From: Klebsormidium nitens
Lineage: Eukaryota; Plantae; Klebsormidiophyceae
Direction of reading: 5' to 3'
NCBI GenBank assembly: GCA_000708835.1
Contig: DF237103.1
Span: 62,001-126,000 of the forward strand
DNA: 64,000 nucleotides
Shown: positions 35,534 to 47,073 of the stretch, piece by piece
Position numbering within the stretch: the first letter of the stretch is position 1
Layout: each line of letters opens with the position of its first letter
Position numbers and translations under genes: made by a program
The notes under the pieces: generated by a model
The model's input: only the letters and a program-made list of their open reading frames with translations
Database searches by the model: none
What the model was told of the DNA's origin: nothing

Positions 35534-38500
35534 ATGGACGGGGATGCTGCTGCAGCCTTCTTCGAAAGCTTCTTCAGCGATTGGTCGAAGCAGCTGGATG
35601 CCAGCCTTGCTGACGTTAGGAGGTTGGAGGCTCAGCGAAACGCTGATGTGTTGCCTCAAGACGTGCAGCCCCACGTGGACCTGTGGAATGAGCTGGGGAG
35701 TGCGAAGGCGAAGGCAATTGAAGGTAGGCACCTTGGCAGGTTTTCGTTGTCTACTTGAAGCAGGCTGTGGCCTCATGGCGAGTCCTTGGGAGCAGACTCA
35801 AGTTCATTACTTCGTTTGAAATCCTTCTCAAGCGATCTCAAGCGATCTCAAGCGATCTCAAATAGGTCGTTGGTCAATCAGCACTCATCTCTTAGAAATC
35901 CGAGGAATGTATTTGGTGCCAAGCCTTTGAAGGCTTGAAAACGTCCCTTGCCAGAGGCGACCAACACTCTTAGCTGCACAGGTAAATATATATTGGTGTG
36001 TCACAAAGAAGTTGAGATCTTGGACGTTTGGTTTCTACTTTGGAGTCCATATGCTTATGTAGACAAGCTCCCATTGCACCGGCTAAGGGGGGAATAAAAA
36101 TGAGCTCAAGATGAGCACATTTATAGGTCAGTGCCATGTCTCCAAAGCTATTGCTAGAGCAGGAGAAACCGCAGTAAGCTGCTACAGTTGTAGCGCACAT
36201 GGTCGATGTCGCTTGATTGCTGGCAAGTGACTCCGATCTTGAGGTCATGACAAACGTTGAAATCCTTGGTACAGATCTAGGTGGTAGAACTTGTAAACAA
36301 ATCCGAGATGTTGGTGCGGTGGTTTGGCGCGCTTACGGACAACAATGTGCGTCCATTTGGGTGATGAGAATGTTGAGGGGGTTTGTCGTCAACCTAATAA
36401 AATTTTTGTTCAGGAGTAATTTTCAGCCTTCTGCAGCATTGTTTTGAAGCATGGTCAGGTTGCCCATGGATATCTGGGCCTTTGAGCACCAATCTTAGTG
36501 AGATCTGCCCCTGCATCAGGATGGATATCAGCTTTTGCTTTTCCAATTGCTTTCCTCAATTGAAGTGGTTATCCGTCCTCATTGAAGAGGAATATTTCTG
36601 GCATCAGAAAAATGCTTTTATTTTGACAGTGCTGAAGGGGATGCTACTGCTTCGTGACCAGAATCCGAATTCTCTTCTTGTCAAATTATTCAAACTTTTC
36701 ACCGACTTTTGCTTTCCTTTTCCATCTCCTCTTTCTATCTCTCTCATTCCTTCCCCCACATTATCTGAACCTAAAACCACGAGATTCTCACTTCCTGGTT
36801 CCGCACCCCCTGTGTTTCCCTTTCCCCCTTCCTTCCCCTCCTTCCTCCCCCACTGTTATACAGATGTCCAACAAGAAAAGATTTGGTCAGAGATCCCGGC
36901 CCAGCCTTAAGGCACAAATGGTAACTTGAAAACCCTGCACAATATTGCGAGGCGTGCAAAATCAAGCCAAATGAACACGGCAAAAGACCCTGTGCAGAAC
37001 ACGGCAGTACAGAACACCGTTGAACCTTCTTTCACAGGGTGGTCGAGATTGAGATTAATGCACGCAACCTTGGCTAGTCCACCCTCGACGGCCTCACCGC
37101 AGCGAACCTTGCAATGTAGACTTCACCCAATTTGTCGCGTTTACAAGCAACCAAATGTCAACTCTGAGCTTTTACTTTACCCAGGGGATGTCCTTTACAT
37201 GGCTGCGGGCCTATGGCAGACTCCCTTTGAGCGCGCCTTCTCGTGGTTGGGGGGCGTCCGCCCAACCATCATGTTCCAGCTCATCTACTCCCAGATCGGA
37301 GCCCAAACCTCACGCAGCCTGGCAGCACTCCTCGAGGGCGAGGAGTCCTCGTCCCTAGCATCCCTTACGAGCAGTCAGCTCACGACGCTAAGCAGCTTGC
37401 AGGTAGGGGCCTCAGGTCCAATTGTCCAAGATTGAAGTCTTGTTGAATCAGGGCTTCAGACTTCTCAGTTTATCAGGAGCCACTCTGGGGGAGTCCCTTC
37501 ATCAGTCGGGAGATGCCGGCTGCACCCCTGGTGTGCTTGAAGGTAGATGCTTCAATAAGAAGGATAACAAGCAGAGGTTTTGAACTCCGTCTCAAATGAT
37601 TTCGATGGCGCTTGCTGATGCGATTTGTGAGCACAAGTCTCTGACAAACGAAATGCTTTTTCAGGTTCAGTCGCGCCACATTCAACTCGAGCCTCCTCTC
37701 TCAACCTTGAGTCTGGGAAATAGGGATGCCTAAAACCATTTTGGGATTGAGTTCTCTTAAACGCCGATTGCGGAAGCTTATAAAAAGCGGCAAAGTTCCG
37801 TAGGTGGTCTTCTAATGCTGAGGTCCCTCGAAGAGCTTTTTCGCCCCTCCTCCTGCAGGAGCGCACGATCCGTCTCGAGGAGCAGCTGTCCACTCAGCTA
37901 GCAGAGGTGCAGACCACCATGCCGGTGCTGCCATTGCCGCCCGGGGTTGCGGATAACCTGAGCCGCCAGGTAGGGTTAAGGAGTCGCTTTTGAAACCCGG
38001 TTCCTTATCGCGCCTGCAATGTTCTTCGCATCACCAGCGTTGCTGGCAACGTCAGCGGCTCTCCGGCGTACTTGCTCGGAGAGTCGGAGGCTTGTCTTGG
38101 ATGTTGCATGTTCGGACGATGCAAAGTGGTCCGGAGACACCCGGCGACAGCTTGAGCTCTCCGGATCTTTCGTATCAAGTTGTTTTCTGGGGGCATCACA
38201 GTATCTGCGATATTAGCTGTTTCGATGGGAATTTGCCGCACGTGGCCTTGCACAACGGACCTGACTCGAGGTGGGTCAGGTAACCGTCCGACAAATATGC
38301 TTGTGGACAGGTGCAAGGGTGATGGCAACGAGGAAACAGCATGTCTGAGAGGGTCCCTTGCGGATAAAGTGGAGGCCTTGCAAGCCTTCTTTTTGCAGCA
38401 GACTCCACGTAAAGTTGTTATCGTTGGCTGGTCAGTCGCAGTTTCCAGCCTGGAAAGTCGGCCCTCGGATTAGAGGCTGGTTGGCACTTGTACAGAAATC

Positions 38501-38946
38501 GTGCGCCGAGTCCCTGGTCTTCGTTTCGGGGGTCTGCTCTGGAGGCTGTTTCCTGGCGACCTGCCCGCTTTTTGGTTCATATTGGGTTCGTATAGCTATC
38601 TTACTGCATCTGGGGTCTTCTACTTGGTCCTGCGATTCCAGCCTTTGTTACTGACACTTCTACGCTGCAGGATTCGGGGACTGGGTCCAGCGGATCGACC
38701 GGCGATTCGGACGAGGTTGCGATGCCAGACCCGGACGTCCGGCGGAAGGTCGCCCTGATGGACGACGCCACGAGGAGGTTGCAGAGTTTGAAGCGATTGT
38801 TGTTGGACGCAGACCGGTTACGGGTAGAGACGCGCCGGCAACTATGTGCACTTTTGGCGCCGGCGCAGGCGCTGCAGTTTTACAAGGGGCTCGGAGAACT
38901 TTGGCAGGCCCAAAGAGCTTTAGGGGAAGCGCTCGACTGCGGGTAG
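35534..38946 (+). CDS. Stand-alone DOG1-domain protein (DOG1-like/TGA C-terminal domain, no intact bZIP), ~264 aa
   Basis: Exons 35534-35723, 37185-37402, 37859-37969, 38671-38946, in phase. Motifs AAAFFESFFSDWSKQ, DVLYMAAGLWQTPFERAFSWLGGVRPT, LTSSQLTTLSSLQ, RLEEQL, LLLDADRLRVETRRQLCALLAPAQALQF are typical of the DOG1 domain. Start codon uncertain. Confidence 0.88.
35831..35860. repeat. Tandem 10-mer (AGCGATCTCA)x3 in intron 1 of the DOG1-like gene
   Basis: Three exact copies read directly. Confidence 0.9.
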
Positions 38947-40456
38947 AAATGCGGGGAGGGGATGGGTTACAGGATCATTGCAGGATTCGATTGGAAGTGG
39001 ACAGTGAACATGGATCAGATGACCGGATCAAGGGTGCGAGTTTTCAGGTTGAAATGTCCTGTTTGGCTTGGATGACAGCGGTCTTTTTCGAAATAAAGCC
39101 GTCAAAGGTCTACATTTGGACAGTTTGAGGCAACTCACGACAAACACTAGTTACAGGCCATAGACACGGATGCTAATGATATTTGGTATGTTGTGGTCTG
39201 CTAGGGCATACACCTTCTTCAAGCAGTCAAAGGCCTTTTCCAAAGTAAGTTAGTGAATTTCATCGAAAGAAAGATTAAGGCAATACCGGGTGGCTTGGGT
39301 CATTTTTAGGTTGAATCGCTGCGGGATCACAAGGAACAACTCTCCGAGTCTGTTTGGGGGACTGGAACGAAGATCATTCTAGGAAGTTTTGCCATTAAGT
39401 CGACAATAACAGACAGGATTGAGCCACGTTTAAGCATACAAATTGGCTTTTGGTTCGCTTTGCAAACTTGAACAGAGGGTCTGCAACATTTGGCCCTGTC
39501 GGATGTACATGCAGGACGTTTGTGCATGCTGCATCAGTGACCATGATACGCGAGTTGGATCGACTGGCACTCGCGACGGTCGGACCGGAAGTAGGTCACT
39601 GTTCGCTCAATATAAGCTCTTCAAGTTTCAATGAAATGATTCTCTTGCAGCCGGCGTCATCGATCAAAATCATGAGATAGCCGCACCGTCATGAAATGAA
39701 CCTTGAAAGCTTATATGAATTCCATGTATACGCGTACCACCTGCGCACAGTGGTGACCTGGCATGACTGGCGGCACATGATCTTCGAATGGCGTGATCGG
39801 AGCAAGCTCCGCGATCCGCATCGAACGTACGTATGCGACACATCAATATGCTTAATCCCGACATTATAGTGCCAATGGTAATTACTTCAGACGTCTACTA
39901 TGAGGTCATACCATGAGGTCAAACAATGAAGACAACTTATGGTGCCGGCCTAGGTAAGTTTGCAGTGTGCCAAGGGCCATGGGATCAATGCATTAACCCG
40001 CATATATGTCATGCGATAGATTGCATTCTGGAACCGTCTGACCGGGTTTCAAGCCTGTTTGAAATGCCAGCCAGGAGGGAAATGATGTGGCGTTTGGATG
40101 AGTTCGGCTCACCCCACGGCTATTCACGCAGCCTCACAATGTGTGACCTGAACGTGGATGCATATACCTATACACGGCTGGCTTTGTCGAGAACCTCAAT
40201 TGGCTACAGGAGCATGTGGCCGTGATTGTAACACCACTTGCCACCAGCTTGTACGTACGTGGCTGAGTGCAGCTTTACTACGGACAAACGATCTTAAACT
40301 TCATAGCCTGGCTTTTACAAGCGTTGCCACTACTAATATCTAATCTCATAAGAGACCTTCCATTCAAGAATGGGACATGTCCGGATGCCAATCATCTAAG
40401 TTAAGAATCTGCTTCATTGTTAAGGAGGACCACCAAAGCTAATTGTGTCTAAGGCC

Positions 40457-43400
40457 CTACCAGAACCAGTCACGCACAGCCTGAACGGCCTTTACGTGCC
40501 CCTCTATCAGTGGCATGTAACCATATATCCGATGGAATTGGTTCAAGCATTCGCTCCGCCGCTGTTGGTGGTTGCCCAAGCTGCTTATCCCGTACGACCC
40601 AATTTCCGAAAAGGCACCTGCAACGCAGACAGTACCGGGCTGTTCAGCAGCAAAAATCAAAGCTTGGAACACGCTGAGATGCATAGTCACCGTCCATTGC
40701 CAAGCGTGCACTAGATCTTTGGACGGGAAAGCTGAAGGGAGTGGACGCAAAAACAGGGGCATACCATCTCCAATTGGCTCCACCGCACGCCCCATGCACG
40801 CAGGGTGCAACCGTAACGAATTCATGCAGAGCTCGACGCACATCTAACCAAAGCTGTCAGAAAATAAAACTCGTAAAGAGGATCTGAGGCACATCATCCT
40901 TGGGCGCGCGAAATGGGCCCATACCTTTCACCCACAAAGGTGGGGCACCAGTCTGATTCGCAACCAAGAACGACATGGCAATGTCCTCACAGTTTCTGCA
41001 CAGCACAAGGTGCACGTCTCAGCATTCGACACGCAGTCTCTTGTCCGGGTTGGCTTTGCTTTAGGATCCTAACTTCATCTCGAAATTTCTCTGGCGCAAT
41101 CGTGCAATTAACCGACACTACTTGCTCTGGCGTACTCTGAACTCCTTCCAGCGTCGCCACTTGTGGTGACCCATCCCCCGGCCTGCCTTCGGGCAGTGTG
41201 CTTCCAATGTTAGTAAGCAAAATATCCAAACGACCGCAACAAAGCGCCAGCAGAATCTGGACTGGTTCGGCAACGTGCGTGCAAAAGGCCGGTCGCATGC
41301 AGGACTTCAGTCTCGACGGCCCAGCTTTGATGCTGTTCGAGGGGTACCGAGAATCCTTTAAAAGCACTCCTCTACAGAAAGCAGGAGGGTGCAAGTCTTC
41401 AACGAGAGCGATCTTGAGCAAGAGCAGGTGAGCGGATACCTGACGGGACACGTCCTCCCTTCTCGAACTCACCTGGCTTTATGCGCATACGCAAAGATTT
41501 CCCGCGGAAGCTCGTTTGTGTACTGCTCGAAGTACTTGTGGTGCAGGAAGGCTGCTTTTGTCAGGATCATGGAGTAGCGCCCCGTCCACCAAACGGACCA
41601 CCAGCCGCCGTAGCTGTACTCCGCCGGAGTGGAGTGCTGGGGAGAAGATTGAAGGACGGTTAAGCTTAATGACAGTGAAACCACAAGGTTACACGGCGCG
41701 CACTGCCCAGAAAAGTCGCTCTCATGTTGCCGATAGATAAAAGACGCGGTGACGCTTGTGCGTCTCGGAACACTCGCATACGGGCCATCAGGTCCTCTCA
41801 ACAATTCAGATCACACGACGACCTCTTTCAAAGGACGGAGCATTTCTGCAAGAAGAGTTGAGGAACAGTTGATATCGCTTTCCGCAGCAGATTGGAGTTC
41901 TGTAAGAGAAAGACAGAGCTAGGTTGTGCTGACTGTAACCCAGCAAGTCAAAGTGCTCTCGGTTGGGTCTAGACTGTCTGAAGGCCCTGCCTGAGATTAA
42001 TAATACGTCTCTCCCCCCGTTGACAAGGGAGACAACGCTTAACAAAAGCAGCATGCACGTGACCTTTTCTGTATGTGATGGTCGGGTTTAGGTGGTTGAC
42101 TCGTAACGAAATGATAGGGCGTTTGGTGAGATCGTCCTAGAAACCGGGCTACACAAAGAGCGTCCAAGGTGGCAGGATCACGCAACTGAAACTCAAACAA
42201 TCATGCCAAGGTTCCGCGTTTAGCGCTCATCTGCGGTCCTCAGGACCACTGAGAACGTTTTAAAGAATCACGTGGTATGAAAAGCACAGACCTGGTATAG
42301 ATTTAGCTAGGGTGGTGATGTAGAAACCTGTCTGCGCACTGGAGACGCGAAGGTGGCGAGCCTAGCAATTTTTCGATCCATGCGGAACCTAACGCCCGTG
42401 ATGGGGCGGGGCGAGGCAAAGATAGATAGCCCAGACAACAGTAACCGCTTGTGTCAACTCATCCCCAGCAACCGCAAAGCATCGACGATTATGTATCAGA
42501 CAGTGATCGATAGCTGGAACATCAACAGGGATGCACTGGCGGTCACAAGGACCGCGTCTCATGTAAAACCACTTGTGGTTTTTAGCAGAGCTCGGAAAAT
42601 CCAGTACGTTTCGTCCGAGAGACCTTGATGATGATGGCTTAAGCGATTTTCAAGCGCTGATTTCAGACTCTTATGGACTCGGTTGAAAAGAACAGGGAAG
42701 CCTGGAAGGGACCGAGGAACAGAAAGAGAAAGGGGAAAAGAAGAAGATCCAGAAAGCCCACTGTAGCCCTTGAGCAACATGATATCAGATCACCAGATCT
42801 CAAGGGACTGCTGACTACCGCCGATGGGCGGCAAAATTCCCAGGACCACAACGTACGTTCCTGGCTGAGAGTAGGGGCTTCAAGATTTGAGGCCTTTCAG
42901 GAAAGGCGGTCCTGCAATTGAAGCAATCTGGTGGATCTGCAGCTACATGCATTTCAACTTGCTTGCAGGACTTTGATAGACCGTGAAGCTGCCAACATTG
43001 GCGCCTGAAGAGGTTGAATAGATAAGTTTGTCTGCGTTGCTGCTTCTGAAGCGGACATACCTTCTTCCGCCAATGCATCCGCGGCACAAACCCAACAAGC
43101 TGGTCCGGGGCGCTTGTCCACAGCTCAAATGCAAACTCCAGGGTCTCGCAAGGGACCAGCAAGTCGTCGTCTACACTGAAGATCGCCTCCGTTCGCACGT
43201 CTGGGAGCGGTTTGAATCGATTGTTGAGACTGTCCTCTAAATGGACGTCAAACCTGCAACACATCAAGGATCAGTCTCACTGAATTTGGTCTGGATTGGT
43301 TGGATAACGCTTTTGCGTGAACCCGGAGCAGCAGGAGGCTTTCACAGTGTGACCTCGCTCAGCAACTGTAGGGGGATAGGAGGTGCAGCAACTTTGATGA

Positions 43401-44823
43401 GGGGAGGGGCCTCCTTTTCCAGACCGCTCTTGACCTACAGTCATCAGCGCAGACAATCCCCTGGAAAACATAGATCACGGACGACATCTCCAAAGAGAGC
43501 CACAGACTTTCCCCAACACAACACGAAAAATGACTGCTTGTGGCCAGGCTATCCAATGCTGGCAGACTTGAACATACAAAAGCAATCTTTGTTCTGCTCA
43601 ATTGACTCACTTCACTTCCACACTATCGTCACTCCCAGGCATGCCCCTATCCGCCGTCAAAAAGGATGCAACATCCGCAGGCGGGGGGTCTGCTTCACTC
43701 CACTGCACTCGGATAGCGTCAGCCCGGTTGCAGTGTCCGTAGTGCTCCAAGCTCCGCTTGAGCAGGTCGTGCCGCTTGAATGTGTTCACCACTATGGTGT
43801 ACCTGCAGCCCGCATACGTGTTGACATGAGCACATGCACTATTCTAAGTTGATGTGGGAACCTTCAAGTTGGGACTGGATAAGTTTCCAGGCAGCTTGGA
43901 AGAAGCTAATATGAGCGCGGTCCGATTGGCCTGTCAAGGCAAAGGCAGGTTAAAGCGCCCGAAGAGCGGCAATCCTTGGAGTGTTTAACTGAAGCAAAAG
44001 CAATGGTACACTATGCAGGAGTGAGGTTGTCAATCTGAGTCGCAGGATTGCTGAAGAAAGCAAGATACAAAGATCGCAAGGGCTTCCTCGTCAGAAGCGC
44101 TGATTCAGGGCCTAAAGCAACGCTGAAGCGGCCTGGCAATTGGACAACTGGCTGGCAGTATGTCTCTTTGGAGCCTAGAGTTGAAGCAGGCATAAATTTA
44201 CAGTTGATGAACACATCGGGTATTGAAGACATCCCAAGGAAGTCCGTTTACGAGTCCTTAAATTGGGTGTAATGTGGCCACTTGAGAATCGCAGGTCCTC
44301 AGCAATCCCTTGAGCTCAGCATGGTGGCATGAGGATTGTGGGTAAGCTGTTTCCCAAATAAGAAGATATCAGCTTACTGAGCGAGCTGCAGTCATGAGAT
44401 TTGAGGAAAATAGATCTGCTTGACTATATTGAGCCTCACAATCAGAAGTTGCACACCAAGGTGACAACACTTCTCCAAGACTCCCTGCTTTGAGCGGTCA
44501 TCCTCAAGTGCTTTTTCTTCCTTTACTTTCTGATGGCCCAGTAGAAGGAGGAGAAGAAAGGAACAAGGTGCACAGTTCTGCACCTACCGTTTCTGCTTTC
44601 CTAGCTCAGTCAAACCCGGCGCCTCAGCATACCACGTATCCTGCCCCGTCCACCCTTTGCAAATCACAACCAGCGTGGCTGAGAAGGCAAGGATGGAGAA
44701 CAAGATGCTGAAGCGGACACTTTGGCTCATGCTCTTGTAGTGCCATCCCCGCGACTTCCCCTTGTACCAGCATCGAGGAGAGTGCATCTTGGATCGACGC
44801 TTCGACCAAGCTGGCTTGAGCAT
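40457..44823 (-). CDS. EPC1: Glycosyltransferase family 64, EPC1-like (type II membrane protein), ~338 aa
   Basis: Exons 44823-44588, 43802-43611, 43253-43061, 41636-41473, 40995-40925, 40617-40457, in phase. Motifs YTIVVNTFKRHDLL, DSLNNRF, FSVDDD (DxD), VGFVPRMHW, YGGWWSVWWTGRYSMILTKAAF, RNCEDIAMSFLVAN, GISS, R..C.N.F...YG.MPL, terminal DWFW. Confidence 0.93.
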
Positions 44824-47073
44824 CCCTAGGTAAGACTCTCCATGGAAGCTGGCAGCGCAACCCCCCGCTGTCCTCCAGAATGAACTCGAGGCGCTTGATA
44901 CTGTCGCATAGTCGGGCTGCTAGCTGATATTAGATCACTGCCAGCGCAATCTGGCTTGCCTACCGTAGCTAAATGCTGCACAGTGCACAGCTACCTGATG
45001 CTGCAATGGCATCCATCGTTTCCTCGCAACAATGGCCGCGGCGCCCATATGATCCTCGATCTAACAGATCGCGAGCGCAACTGTTGACATCAACACCTTT
45101 CCTCAAGGAGGGGGGGGGGTTGGAATCTTCGCGGGAAGCTCGGAGCGCTCCACGACAAACTTTAACCGATTGAAGTCAAGAGCAAAACAGGAACCGTCGA
45201 TTGGGATTTGACGGCTCGATGAGTGGTACCGAAAGTCGGAACCTTACCGGTTTTAAACGCCAAACTCAAGTGGTACGGTCAAGTGGGTATGTATCGTAAC
45301 CTTCTCGGGCGCCGGTTTCGACGATACATTTTCCTCCCCGCTTTGAATTTGAGACGTATCGAACACCCGTCGAAAGCAACATGTTGTCCCTGCGTTCGAG
45401 GGGCCCGAGTTTGCATGAGTGATCCTAATCTTTCACAGTAGGTACGAAGTTTGAAATTTCCCGTGGCGCGGATCGATGCGTACGGTTTCGAAAGGTCCAG
45501 ATTCAACCTCCTTCTAAGTCCAAATAGGTACCGGTATGCTATATTGCAAGTCTTCTTTTCACCCCCCCCTCAGACTGACGGCCGCCTGAAAGGACGGACT
45601 CTCCGAGTCCTCATCAACGGTGCAAATCAAATTCATCTATTAAATGTTTCCAACTTGTCTGATGTTCCAATCAAATTCATCTGAAGTTAGCCTGCGACTT
45701 GGCATGTGTCGGCGCCAAGAGTGACATGGCAACGGATGGCAACTAGGTACCTACCTAGAGGGATGTCTTGTTCTGCAGTTTTAGCCGGATTTGATGCAGC
45801 TGGTCCAAGTCCTGGCGCGGGCAGGAGCAGCATCCTAGCAGCATATCCTCATGTTAGAGCCAGTAGATCCAACCGTCCTGGAGTACTATCCTGCCAGACC
45901 GAAGTTTGACATACGGTATCTAAATCCACTGCCTTGAATTACACGTGTGCATGTTGAACCGTCATTCTCCGATCCACACATGTGTCTCAGACGTCTTCAG
46001 AACTAAGAGGTGGAAGAGATTGGCTCACCATAACCTGACGCTTAAGAGGGTTTTTGAGGGGTGTGGAACATTGGCCAATGTTCTCCACATATAGGGTCTT
46101 CAATACTCGAATATATACGTATTATGTTTGCATGCAGATACACAAGTGTATCCTGCCGTAACCTACAGATTGTCAGTCTTCATTTGAAAGATAATTGTTT
46201 CAAGCTCCCACATATGCATTACAATTTTCATATCAGAATGATTCCTATATAATCGAGTTTGTGTGCTGGATGGTCCCGGTTGGATCTGCCAGTCGTGCTG
46301 TATTTTGCCAGTCGTCGATATAGGTGATTCAATACCCGACGGTACAAGTAGGTCTCGTTGCTACCCGTCAGTGAGCGCCAATCAGATTTACCGTGTACCG
46401 AACCTGCGTCGTTCAATATGACTTCAAGTAATTTTGATGACCAGAAAAGGCTGAGACTTTATAGTTCCGACTTCGCCGATGAATCTCAGAGCGAAGAAGT
46501 GCCACTCGACCGCGGAGACAATCTCTTAATTATACGCATAGAGGTCGATAACGAGTGTGGGTTACGACAGACATAGCGAGCAATCATGCAACCAAATATA
46601 ACTACATGCGGTGATGAACGATCGAGCGAGGAAAAGTTTTCAGAACTTCTAAACGTTCTGTAGCACCCACAGGCACATGCATCGCGCTGGCACTCTCTTC
46701 CGTGGATTTTTGCGCCACCCAGACCAGAGCCTTCGGCTTTGAACTAACTTTCGAACCCGATGCCAGGAATGATGCACATGGAATCTGCTCTTAAGCAAGC
46801 ATCTAACCCACGTACTAACATCTGACGCCATGACACTCGGACAGCACCGTTACATCAGGCTTTACTCCAACCATGTCCACCTTTTAGTGCAGGCTAAGAA
46901 GTTTGAGAACTTTTGGCAACAATTGGTGCCACTATTGTGCTTGGTCATTTGACACTTAGCAAAGCTTTGCGCTGATAAAGCTTCTCCACACAATAGCGGG
47001 AACTTTGAATCCTCCAATCAGTAGCGGGAACTTTGAAATGAATTACTGGCATAAAGAATCAGTATAAATGACG

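Noticed and set aside
36690-36925. Long pyrimidine tract followed by AG and a GT in DOG1 intron 1 (possible poison exon)
   Set aside because: Only generic splice-like words, with no similarity to neighbouring exons or other support.
46994-47037. Direct repeat TAGCGGGAACTTTGAA x2 in the helicase 3' region
   Set aside because: A simple local duplication with no further structure.
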